Assembly (NCBI GenBank): GCA_000175855.1
Contig: ACYB01000042.1
Span: forward strand, 1 to 32,000
Length of the DNA stretch: 32,000 nucleotides
From: Raphidiopsis brookii D9
GTDB taxonomy: Bacteria; Cyanobacteriota; Cyanobacteriia; Cyanobacteriales; Nostocaceae
Direction of reading: 5' to 3'
This document shows positions 8,822-17,852 of the stretch, piece after piece (the stretch's first letter is position 1; every line of letters begins with the position of its first letter). The translations under genes were made by a program, and so were the position numbers. The notes under the pieces are model-generated. The model was not told where the DNA came from, did no database searches, and worked only from the letters and a program-made list of their open reading frames with translations.

Positions 8822-10231
8822 ATGGCACTAACAGAAAAAGATTTGCAAGAATTACCGGAAGATGGCATAGACCCAGAAAACCCAGGGAAATATGAGGTTT
8901 TACTAAAGGAATTACAAGGTAACATTCTCAGGGGACACGGGCGCGATTATAGTGTACACTTGTTTTTGGAATTTAAACCCGATAAACTGGTTGAAGTTAA
9001 GCAATGGATTCAAACCTTTGCCCAAAAGTACTTAAAGTCGGCTAAGAAGCAGTCAGATGAGGCTGTAAATTATCGACAAAACAGTATCAAGGGCGGACTA
9101 TTCACCAACTTTTTCCTCTCTTGCAAGGGTTATGAATATCTGGAAATTGAACCATTTTTGATTCCCTCAGATAGTCCATTCCGTCAGGGAATGAAAAATG
9201 AAAATATTAGAGCTGTTTTGGGTGATCCAAAAGTTGACCAGTGGGAAAGTGGATTTCAACGACAAATTCACGCCTTAATCCTCATTGCAGATGATGACAT
9301 TATTGCTCTGCTTCAGGGTGTGAATCAAATGATGCAAAAACTACGTCTAGTCGCTGATATTGTCCACCGGGAAGATGGCTTTATTTTCAGAAATGAAGCA
9401 GGGCAAATTATAGAACACTTTGGCTTTGTCGATGGTTTGAGTCAACCACTGTTTTTAAAAAGGGATGTTGTCCGTTCCCGTATTCAGGACAGTGGTTTTA
9501 GTAAATGGGACTCTAGAGCTCCCCTTGATATCATTTTAACTAAAGATCCTAATGGCAAAACAGAGGATAGTTACGGTAGTTATTTAGTCTATCGAAAACT
9601 TGAACAAAACGTTAAAAAATTTCGTGGTGAGCAGGAGTCCCTAGCAAAAGCCTTAGAAATTAAAAAGGATCTAGCAGGGGCGTTAGTTGTAGGTCGTTTT
9701 TATGATGGCACTCCCGTCACTCTTACGGATATACCAACTTTTTTACACAATATTACCAACAACTTTAATTACGATGATGATCTTGCTGGTACCAAATGCC
9801 CATTTCATTCTCACGTTCGCAAAATGAATCCTCGTGGGGATACGGGAAACGTAGTATCTTCCTCTGGGTTTGACGAAGCTTTAGCAGTGGAAAGAAAACA
9901 TCGGATTGCCCGCAGGGGAGTGAGTTATGGAAGTAACGATCCCGCACACGACCCAGAAACGGATTCAGGATTATTATTTTTGTGTTTTCAGGCGGATATT
10001 GAAAACCAATTTAATTTCATGCAAACCCGATGGGCGAATGCGACAGGTTTTGTCCAAGCTAATGTTGGACCGGATCCGATCATTGGTCAACCCCAAGGAA
10101 CTCAAAAATGGGTAAAAAACTGGGGACTCTCCGACTCCAAACCGCTTAAGTTTGAACTATGCGTGACTATGAAGGGTGGGGAGTATTTTTTTGCTCCTAG
10201 TCTCAGTTTTCTCCAGAATATTACTGATTGA
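8822..10231 (+). CDS. Dyp-type (dye-decolorizing) heme peroxidase
   Basis: FGFVDGLSQP (GxxDG motif), HRIARRGVSYG, GLLFLCFQADIENQFNFMQTRWAN. Confidence 0.85.
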   Translation: MALTEKDLQELPEDGIDPENPGKYEVLLKELQGNILRGHGRDYSVHLFLEFKPDKLVEVKQWIQTFAQKYLKSAKKQSDEAVNYRQNSIKGGLFTNFFLSCKGYEYLEIEPFLIPSDSPFRQGMKNENIRAVLGDPKVDQWESGFQRQIHALILIADDDIIALLQGVNQMMQKLRLVADIVHREDGFIFRNEAGQIIEHFGFVDGLSQPLFLKRDVVRSRIQDSGFSKWDSRAPLDIILTKDPNGKTEDSYGSYLVYRKLEQNVKKFRGEQESLAKALEIKKDLAGALVVGRFYDGTPVTLTDIPTFLHNITNNFNYDDDLAGTKCPFHSHVRKMNPRGDTGNVVSSSGFDEALAVERKHRIARRGVSYGSNDPAHDPETDSGLLFLCFQADIENQFNFMQTRWANATGFVQANVGPDPIIGQPQGTQKWVKNWGLSDSKPLKFELCVTMKGGEYFFAPSLSFLQNITD

Positions 10232-10458
10232 GACATTAACTTAGGGGTCAATTATAACCTTCAAATTAAAAATCATGGTCTTCAAAGTGAAAATTATGAA
10301 CACAATCATTAGTGGGTGGTGGGTGGGCAAGGAACGAAATATGTAGGTTATCGATAATCTACGTATAACAATCAAGCTGGTAAAGCTCTTAGTTAATAAC
10401 ACGAAAGTGTTATGTAATGGTTCCGTATATTCCATAGTACACTTTTTGCATTCTAATT

Positions 10459-13033
10459 ATGCGAAGATCAAAGTTCTCGATTTGGCTTACATCCTTTATT
10501 TTTGTGTTTGTGGCCCTGGGTTCAGTCTTTCTAGAACCTAGAGTAGTTTTAGCTGAAAATGCACCTTGTGCACCTGGAGCTTCCTCCTTGTGGGCAACCT
10601 CAGTCAAGGATTTTGTCGGTACTTCAGCCAGCAAAAAATCCAATGTCTATTTCACTGGTGCAGAAGGTATTTTGACAGAGGTGTTTTATCCCACTGTAGA
10701 TAACGTGCAAAATGTTGACTTACAGTTTTTAGTTACCGATGCCAAAAAAACCTGGGGTGACGAAGAACGCAAGCAGGACCATAAGGTTACCCAGGTTAAT
10801 AAACGCTCAATGGTGTGGGAAGTCATAACTACAGATAAAGACAAACGTTGGCAAATCACTAAGAGATTTTTTAGTGATCCCAATCGTCCTACTGTAATTG
10901 AACGAGTTACTTTCGCTACTCTTGAACCGGGAAAAACAGTCCAAGACTATAACCTCTACCTGCTGAATAATCCTTCTATCAACAATTCAGGTAGTGGGAG
11001 TCCTGCTAATGCTTGCAGTGGACCACAAGCAACAGGTGGAGACAACTCTCGCACCCTGTCATCCAATGGTCGAACTTTCCTAGCAGCTTCTGAGCCTAAT
11101 TCTACCTCTTCAGCTGTCACGACCTCACTACCTTGGAAGAAGATTGATGGCACCTTAATGGTATCTAATGGCTTTGTGGGTCAAAGCGATGGTTATACTG
11201 ACCTTTTTGTTGGAGCAGGTGACAAAACCATGAACTGGCATTATAACAATGCTGTTGGTGGTAACGTCGCTCAAATTGGCTGGGTAGATTTTGGCAATAC
11301 CACTGGTGCCAAGATTTCTTTTGATGTAGTCTTGGGATTCGGTAACAGTGAGCAAGCGGCTATAGATGTAGTAAATGCTACTCTAAATACTGATTTGGCT
11401 ACTGTAGAAAGTGATTATACCAAAGAATGGGTAGCCTATACGGATAAACTCAGTGATCAAAATGGATTAGCTGATGATCAGTATTACTTGGCAGCCATGA
11501 ATCTCAAGAGTATTCAAGATAAGACTAATGGTGCCATGGTAGCAGGTCCTGCAACACCTTGGGGGGAAACTAATACTGATAAAAATCAGGGTGGTTATCA
11601 TTTAGTTTGGCCCCGGGACTTGTTTAAATTTGCCAGTTCTTTGATTGCTGCTGGTGACACAGAGTCAGCTAATGAAGCTGTTGATTACTTTTTCAACATT
11701 CAGATGCAGACTAAAACCAGTGATGAGCCTTATTCCCGTCCTGGGCGCTTTCCCCAAAATAACTATGTGGATGGTAGAATATATTGGAATGGCACCCAGA
11801 TGGATCAAACTGGAATGCCCATCATCTTGGCTTGGAAACTTAACCGCACTGATTTGTGGCCCAAAATTAAGTTAGCAGCAGAATATTTAGCTAACTATGG
11901 ACCATACACCCAGCAAGAACGTTGGGAAGAAATGCGTGGTTACTCACCTTCCACCATTGCTGCAGAAATTGCTGGTTTAGTCTGTGCAGCTGACTTGGCT
12001 AAAAAATCCAATGATCCAGAAGCAGCTAAGTACTATCTCAAAAAAGCTGATGAGTGGCGTAATAACGTTGCCAATTGGACTTTTACAACCACTGGTTATC
12101 ACGGTAATAAGCAGTATTATGTACGGATTACTAGTGATAAAAATCCCAATGATGGTGTACGGTTAACCTATGGTAATGGTGGGGGAACCCATGATCAGCG
12201 CTATATCATCGATGGTGGATTTTTAGAGTTGGTACGTTTAGGGGTGATGAGCGCCAATGACTGGACAATTTTAGAAACCATTCCTGAATACGATGAAATT
12301 CTCAAGCAAACCATTACCAAAGATGGTGTAGAAGCTGAAGCTTGGTTCCGCTATAACTACGATGGTTATGGCGAATACAATGACGATCGCAATTTTGATA
12401 CTAGTGGTCGTGGTCGTTTGTGGCCAATTTTCACCGCTGAACGTGGTATTTATGAGATTGCCAAATCTGGTGCGGGATGTGCTGGTCAAAAATATCTCAA
12501 AGATCTGAAAGTCATGTCTTCAGAAGCAGGATTTATTCCTGAGCAAGTTTGGAATAACAGCACTACCATTACAGGTTGGGAAACAATTACCCCTGCATCT
12601 CATCTTCCTGGTACTTCTACACGCTCTATACGTCCTCTTAGCTGGGCTATGGGTGAGTATATTAACCTGATTGCAGCCGTTAAAGATGGTAAAAGTGATG
12701 CTCCGGATGTGGTTTGTCAACGTTATGCTTGTGATAAACCCCAAACTGATGTGACTTTCACAGCTAAAAATGCGACTACAAAACCAGGTGAGAATGTGTA
12801 TTTGGTTGGTAATAGTCCCTTACTAGGCAATTGGGAACCCACTTCCGGTGTTAAGCTTTCTCCTGTTAGTTATCCTACTTGGAGTGTTAAGGTTTCTTTA
12901 CCTGCGTCTACTAGCTTTGAGTACAAGTTTGTTAAACTTGATGCTAGTGGCAACAAAAATCTGGGAAGAAGCTGAAAAACACACTTTGGAAACTCCTGCA
13001 ACTGGAGAAGTTTCACAACTTAATACACTGTAA
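10459..13033 (+). CDS. Exported GH15 glucoamylase with C-terminal CBM20 starch-binding domain; last ~20 codons appear in another frame (ORF ends at 12975, continuation ends at 13033)
   Basis: Signal peptide; NVYFTGAEGILTEVFYPTVDNVQNVDLQFLVTD; GGYHLVWPRDLFKFASSLIAAGD; HLPGTSTRSIRPLSWAMGEYI; VTFTAKNATTKPGENVYLVGNSPLLGNWEPTSGVKLSP. Shifting frame near 12954-12959 gives ...SGNKIWEEAEKHTLETPATGEVSQLNTL*, a normal CBM20 ending. Confidence 0.85.
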
Positions 13034-13101
13034 TTTATCCTGATTTTTCACGACCCAAAAAACTAAAATTGAAGTCTTCTTTTTAGGGTCTTCTCTAAAT
13101 T

Positions 13102-13132
13102 CTTCCCACTTCTAGGGGTGGGAAGGTTTTTT
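13102..13132 (+). terminator. Rho-independent terminator downstream of the glucoamylase gene
   Basis: cttcccac - ttctaggg - gtgggaag hairpin followed by gtttttt. Confidence 0.65.
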
Positions 13133-13289
13133 ACCGTTTTAAAAAAAAGGGAGTATAAATATCCTGAGAATGGGGATTGAGATAAGGATGTTGTAACTGG
13201 ATGTTTTGTAATGCAAACTGTTCAAAGATAGCACTTATGCGATCCTCTGGAGTATGATTACCCGCTAGCCAGGCTTCAATTAATCCATT
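13133..13289 (-). repeat. Duplicated 3' end of the HopA1-family gene (copy 1 of a direct repeat; copy 2 is about 14048-14204)
   Basis: Shared ~157 bp aaaaaaagggagtataaatatcctgagaatggggattgag...ccgctagccaggcttcaattaatccatt; one visible substitution (gcgatcc vs gcggtcc). Confidence 0.85.
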
Positions 13290-13432
13290 TCTTGTCTCTT
13301 CTGAATATCCTCTGTGGGTTTCGTAATTATCAATAAATTGTCTACCACAGTTTTTACAAATATAATTTTGTTTGCTTTTTTATGACCATTTTTATTAATC
13401 TTGCTTGACTTACATTCTGGACACTGAATCAT
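13290..13432 (-). pseudogene. Remnant of the N-terminus of an IS1-like transposase, frameshifted
   Basis: Minus strand: MIQCPECKSSKINKNGHKK, then in another frame SKQNYICKNCGRQFIDNYETHRGYSEETRN. Paired CxxC zinc ribbon and KQNYxCxxCGRQF motif typical of cyanobacterial IS1-like transposases. Confidence 0.65.
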
Positions 13433-13499
13433 ATTTTTACCTTGATTACTCTATTTCTACCAGTGATCGCTTTTTCCTCTTATCATACCCTAATTCAGC

Positions 13500-14036
13500 A
13501 ACGCCCGTTACTTTTTACGTAGGCGATCAGACCAAGTTGCTGATGGTGCAGGTCAATACCATATTGTTCCATCGATGGTTTTTCAGCCCACGGGTACTGA
13601 TCCCTTTGATCCGGATTCCTACAACCTAGAGAAGACTATCTTGAAAGAAGTAGCTGAAGAGCTATTTAATTATGAAGAAGGTGACTTTAATCCCTTATCC
13701 TACCCTGAAATCGCTGACCTAAAAACCCTATTAGACCAGGGTGGTGCAACCCTTAAGATTACAGGGATCGGGATGGATTTACTCTGTTTGCGACCTGAGT
13801 TTTTGACCTTACTGTATATTCAGGATTCAAGCTGGTTTGAACGTCATGGGGGATCTATATGTTTCTCTGAGCATGAGTATGATTACGATCCATCTAGCAG
13901 GAAAAGTTGGCGATCTATCCTTGATGGTGAACCTTTTCAATCAGAGGGAGAATTAGCACCACATCGTTGCGTAGCGACCGGGGCAATTAGTGCCCTCCTG
14001 GCTAGGCAATATTTATTACAACATCTTGTCGTCTAG
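13500..14036 (+). pseudogene. 5'-truncated Nudix-like protein fragment
   Basis: In-frame upstream extension of the 13575 ORF reads NARYFLRRRSDQVADGAGQYHIVPSMVFQPTGTDPFDPDSYNLEKTILKEVAEELFNYEEGD, with a stop codon just before. Family assignment is tentative. Confidence 0.4.
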
Positions 14037-14047
14037 CTAGGTCCTAG

Positions 14048-14204
14048 ACCGTTTTTAAAAAAAGGGAGTATAAATATCCTGAGAATGGGGATTGAGATAA
14101 GGATGTTGTAACTGGATGTTTTGTAATGCAAACTGTTCAAAGATAGCACTTATGCGGTCCTCTGGAGTATGATTACCCGCTAGCCAGGCTTCAATTAATC
14201 CATT
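14048..14204 (-). repeat. Copy 2 of the ~157 bp direct repeat, forming the native 3' end of the HopA1-family gene
   Basis: See copy 1; encodes LIEAWLAGNHTPEDRISAIFEQFALQNIQLQHPYLNPHSQDIYTPFF. Confidence 0.85.
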
Positions 14205-15245
14205 AGCAATAATTTGACAGCGGTGAGTACCGAAGCTCTCTTGGTCGCCAAATTTCTGCTCTGGTTCTTCAGCACAACCCAATCCAGGTGCTAGTATTTT
14301 AGTAAACATGGGAACCGGTTGCTGAAAGTATAATTCATTTTCTGCATAAATTTTTTGCAACACTGGCCAGACGGTCTGATGTTGACTTTTATTAAAATAG
14401 AGGACAGCTGAATCGTAACGTTGATAATCGCTGGGTTCATATAATGCTTTAAAAGAGAATGAAATATCAAGATCATTAAGATATTCCGTTACACTTTCCA
14501 TCACTGTTGGTGCTCCTTCAGCTGCTATATTAAAGTAAATGCGCGTAATCTCCAGGTTGTTTTGAGTTCCCGCATTAGCTACGGCCATATAAAAGCCATT
14601 TTGTACCAGATTTTTCGGCATTTTAACGGATATAGTCTTTCCAGCGCTGAGACTTTGAGTTGTTGGTGATAAATGTATATTGGGGTCAACATGCAGTGTT
14701 AATCCGTTCTTATAGACTGCTAAGGTACCGTCTGTCTCTTCCTTGACAATCTCCCAATTGGGACTCCAGTAACCTTTACCTTTGTTCCCATTGTGTAGAC
14801 GATCATAAAATTCTAGATCTACCCCAAATAAACTATTGTTTTCAAGCTGTTTATTTAATTTACTGCTGTTTACGTTCTCATCTGTACTTGATTTATTGTT
14901 TGTGTTAACGTTATAATAGTTGCTGTATATAAAGTTACGCAATTGAAATTTTAAATGTTGCTGCTGTATCTGTAAAGGTAGCTTTTGAAACTGAGAAATT
15001 ACAGAATCTGGCATGGTTGAATGTTTGTAGCGTGTATGTTTAATAGAGTAATAAGACTCAATTTGAATGTGACTAACCATATCCTGTAGAGAATCTTGCA
15101 ACTGCTCAGGAAGTTGTGTCAACTGAAATTTGCGAGAATTTAATAATTGCATAGTTTTGTCACCTATAGATAAAAACAACAAAGTCCCCTTTACTGACCT
15201 TTTAGCAAAACTCTTAATTAGATCTAAAATTAATGTCCTCCCCAA
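14055..15245 (-). CDS. HopA1-effector-family protein, candidate RiPP Ser/Thr-dehydration lyase (real start may be Met at 15152)
   Basis: YDRLHNGNKGKGYWSPNWEIVKEETDGTLAVYKNGLTLHVDPNIHL ... ITRIYFNIAAEGAPTVMESVTEYLNDLDISFSFKALYEPSDYQRYDSAVLYF; resembles T3SS effector HopA1 family proteins. Confidence 0.7.
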   Translation of the reverse strand: MGRTLILDLIKSFAKRSVKGTLLFLSIGDKTMQLLNSRKFQLTQLPEQLQDSLQDMVSHIQIESYYSIKHTRYKHSTMPDSVISQFQKLPLQIQQQHLKFQLRNFIYSNYYNVNTNNKSSTDENVNSSKLNKQLENNSLFGVDLEFYDRLHNGNKGKGYWSPNWEIVKEETDGTLAVYKNGLTLHVDPNIHLSPTTQSLSAGKTISVKMPKNLVQNGFYMAVANAGTQNNLEITRIYFNIAAEGAPTVMESVTEYLNDLDISFSFKALYEPSDYQRYDSAVLYFNKSQHQTVWPVLQKIYAENELYFQQPVPMFTKILAPGLGCAEEPEQKFGDQESFGTHRCQIIANGLIEAWLAGNHTPEDRISAIFEQFALQNIQLQHPYLNPHSQDIYTPFF

Positions 15246-16380
15246 AAATTGTGCCGAGGGATGCTTGAGGACGACACAACAGAGTTTTGGCTAACTGAAG
15301 AATAGCAATGCCAGAATTACCAAAAGTCTTTTCGTGTTGCAGTTTAGCTTGGATGGACGTAATTAATGAAAAGCCAGTAAACTGTACAACTAATTGCAAA
15401 AAATTAGGTCGACGTTCTAAAATCTCCGGAAAGCTATTTAAATAACCACCTACTAATTCTGCTATGGAGGGTTGTATTAAGTGCAAAGGAATAGCTGCTA
15501 ATCGTAGAGATTCTTCGATTGCTATGGTTCGACTGGTTACCATACTATATAGCCAAATTTGTAAATAACTAGCAATTATGGAACCTAAATCACTTGCTGG
15601 GTCTCCCCAATTACCACGTTCCCAATCAATGAGGCGAATTATTTTTCCCCCTCCATTATTACCGGATGATTGATTTATTGTAGATTCCCAATTTAAAGAC
15701 AGGAGAATATTATTGAGTTTCAGGTCATTATGGGTTAAACAACAAGCATGATAAGATTGACCCAATTGGGAAATTGCTTTGCCTAAATTGTCATAACGCT
15801 GATACAAGGAAAAGAATTTTAAACCATCTGCAGTCAGATGACCAAATAGTTCTGGTGTAATTCTAGGTATTCCCTCATGTAAGTGAGAATTTTTATTTTT
15901 TCTGGTGACCTCAGGATTTTGGAAGAAATTTTCATATTCTGGACTATCTAAAGTCAACCGATGAATTGATGCTAATATTTCCCCTAGGGAGCGAGCAATT
16001 GTCATGGGAAATAAATTTTCTCGAGCATAAAACTCACCTATATCCCGATATTCTCTGAGATAGTTGAAGACAAGTATGGAATTGGCTTGATCAAAATGTA
16101 TTGCTTCTGATAGAGATGAACGGAGATGATTTACTGCTGAAAATGTCTGAAAAAAATTATGAACTTGCCATTCATCTATAAACTCACCACTGGTTTTACC
16201 CTCTCGATTAATACGTTCTTGTTTCACCAATAATTGACGGTTATCAGGCAAAGTAAGTAATAGATTAAAATTTTTAGCGGATTTGAGATCAATCTTGCTG
16301 GCTGATTGCTCTTCTTGAGTGCAAATTTTTTGAGAAATCAGGTAAGGAAAAACGTTTTCAGAACTTAAAACAAATGGCAT
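15214..16380 (-). CDS. Aminoglycoside-phosphotransferase-like kinase, candidate partner of the HopA1-like protein
   Basis: ARSLGEILASIHRLT; CLTHNDLKLNNILLS (catalytic HxDxxxxN); IIRLIDWERGNWGDPASDLGSII (metal-binding D). Confidence 0.75.
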   Translation of the reverse strand: MPFVLSSENVFPYLISQKICTQEEQSASKIDLKSAKNFNLLLTLPDNRQLLVKQERINREGKTSGEFIDEWQVHNFFQTFSAVNHLRSSLSEAIHFDQANSILVFNYLREYRDIGEFYARENLFPMTIARSLGEILASIHRLTLDSPEYENFFQNPEVTRKNKNSHLHEGIPRITPELFGHLTADGLKFFSLYQRYDNLGKAISQLGQSYHACCLTHNDLKLNNILLSLNWESTINQSSGNNGGGKIIRLIDWERGNWGDPASDLGSIIASYLQIWLYSMVTSRTIAIEESLRLAAIPLHLIQPSIAELVGGYLNSFPEILERRPNFLQLVVQFTGFSLITSIQAKLQHEKTFGNSGIAILQLAKTLLCRPQASLGTIFGEDINFRSN

Positions 16381-16397
16381 GACTTTCAGATGATATG

Positions 16398-16607
16398 TTA
16401 TTCTCGAAAAGAATATGCTAGAAAAGAAATGGCATTAATAGCTGTAATAACAACCATAAACTCAAGGGTTTTGATGCCAAAATTGAACAGTCCATCAAAA
16501 TAAGGATTTTCACCACCAAAAACAGCCTGAGAATTATGATTATTCAGATCATTAATGAATGTTTCCGAGTTAATAGGCGCCAGATCATTAATAATAATCT
16601 TAGCCAT
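16398..16607 (-). CDS. Divergent precursor-like peptide with GG motif
   Basis: MAKIIINDLAPINSETFINDLNNHNSQAVFGG | ENPYFDGLFNFGIKTLEFMVVITAINAISFLAYSFRE; 17 bp upstream of the kinase ORF on the same strand. Confidence 0.6.
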   Translation of the reverse strand: MAKIIINDLAPINSETFINDLNNHNSQAVFGGENPYFDGLFNFGIKTLEFMVVITAINAISFLAYSFRE

Positions 16608-16704
16608 TGATATTAATAGTTAAAGTTTTCCTAGAGCTTTTTTGATTGGCTCTCCTGGAATCAAATTCAACAGGAAAGCCAAACTAGCTAATTATTCCAG
16701 TGCA

Positions 16705-16938
16705 TTAGTAGTTGTAGTCACTGTAAGACTTAGCTAAATAAGCAATATTACCAATACCATAGGTATTGACAAATGCTTCTGCTAATTTGGTGAATACGGA
16801 CATATCACTGAAATCATAATATCCACCACCATGGACAGAAATAGAATTGATATCACTCATTTCATTCAGAAAACTTTCCGAATCTTGAAACAGTTCAGAA
16901 CCATTGGCTTGCAATTGATCCAGTTTGATACTTGCCAT
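16705..16938 (-). CDS. RiPP precursor-like peptide, tandem copy 1
   Basis: MASIKLDQLQANGSELFQDSESFLNEMSDINSISVHGG | GYYDFSDMSVFTKLAEAFVNTYGIGNIAYLAKSYSDYNY; GGAGG ribosome-binding site just upstream of ATG. Confidence 0.8.
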   Translation of the reverse strand: MASIKLDQLQANGSELFQDSESFLNEMSDINSISVHGGGYYDFSDMSVFTKLAEAFVNTYGIGNIAYLAKSYSDYNY

Positions 16939-17015
16939 AATTTCCTCCCCAAGGATTTGTTATTGACTTACTACGAGTGAACCAGAAGTGACCAATAAAT
17001 GATCTGGTAATTTTC

Positions 17016-17252
17016 TTACCAATAATAATCATGATCACTATAAGATTTTGCTAAATAAGCAATATTACCAATACCGTAAGTATTGACAAATGCTTCTCCT
17101 AATTTGGTGAATACGGATATATCACCGAAATCAGATCCACCACCATAAACAGAGATAGAATTGACATCGCTCATTTCATTGAGAAAACTTTCGGAATCTT
17201 GGAATAATTCAGAACCAGTGGTTTCCAGTTGACCAAGCTTAATACTTGCCAT
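17016..17252 (-). CDS. RiPP precursor-like peptide, tandem copy 2
   Basis: MASIKLGQLETTGSELFQDSESFLNEMSDVNSISVYGG | GSDFGDISVFTKLGEAFVNTYGIGNIAYLAKSYSDHDYYW; GGAGGAAATTATG start context. Confidence 0.8.
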   Translation of the reverse strand: MASIKLGQLETTGSELFQDSESFLNEMSDVNSISVYGGGSDFGDISVFTKLGEAFVNTYGIGNIAYLAKSYSDHDYYW

Positions 17253-17315
17253 AATTTCCTCCTCAAAGACTGATTGCTAGTGATAGACATTGCCAAAATC
17301 AACAGTGTTTTAGTT

Positions 17316-17546
17316 TTATACTCCACTGCTATAAGACTTAGCCAAATAGGCAATATGAGCAATACCGTAGGCATTGACAAATGCTTCTGCTAGTTTGGTG
17401 AATATGGACATGTCACTTACAGTGGAGTTGAATCCACCATGGATAGAAATAGAGTTGATATCGCTCATATCATTGAGAAAACTTTCGGAATCTTGGAACA
17501 GTTCAGAACCAGTACTTTGCAATTGATCCAATTTGATACTTGCCAT
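17316..17546 (-). CDS. RiPP precursor-like peptide, tandem copy 3
   Basis: MASIKLDQLQSTGSELFQDSESFLNDMSDINSISIHGG | FNSTVSDMSIFTKLAEAFVNAYGIAHIAYLAKSYSSGV; GGAGGAAATTATG start context. Confidence 0.8.
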   Translation of the reverse strand: MASIKLDQLQSTGSELFQDSESFLNDMSDINSISIHGGFNSTVSDMSIFTKLAEAFVNAYGIAHIAYLAKSYSSGV

Positions 17547-17852
17547 AATTTCCTCCTAGAAAACTTGTTCTTACTGGTGAATATGGGAGCATTTGAGATT
17601 TGCTCAACCGATACTCCTATTTTTATGGGAGAAAATTTAAAAAATCAAGGGTTTGAACTGTGTTGATTGGACATTACTCATGATTTAATGTCCTTTTATA
17701 TCGCTGGTTCCATATCAATCTCTGATTAGATTAGCGATAATTTCTCGAATGATGATCAATCTGTTTTTAAAAACAGCTACCTGATATATAATAATAAATC
17801 CCCCTTCAGCAAGGGAGGAATAATAAGAATTAGTAAAAACTTAACTCAAAGG

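Noticed and set aside
10241-10435. Minus ORFs 10241..10435 and 10410..10643 as regulators between the peroxidase and glucoamylase
   Set aside because: No family similarity; the sequence is AT-rich intergenic or overlaps the glucoamylase start.
16705-17546. Repeated blocks could be read as a repeat array (CRISPR-like) or minisatellite
   Set aside because: The repeated units are 230-240 bp open reading frames with RBS and GG leaders. There are no short identical repeats with unique spacers and no cas genes.
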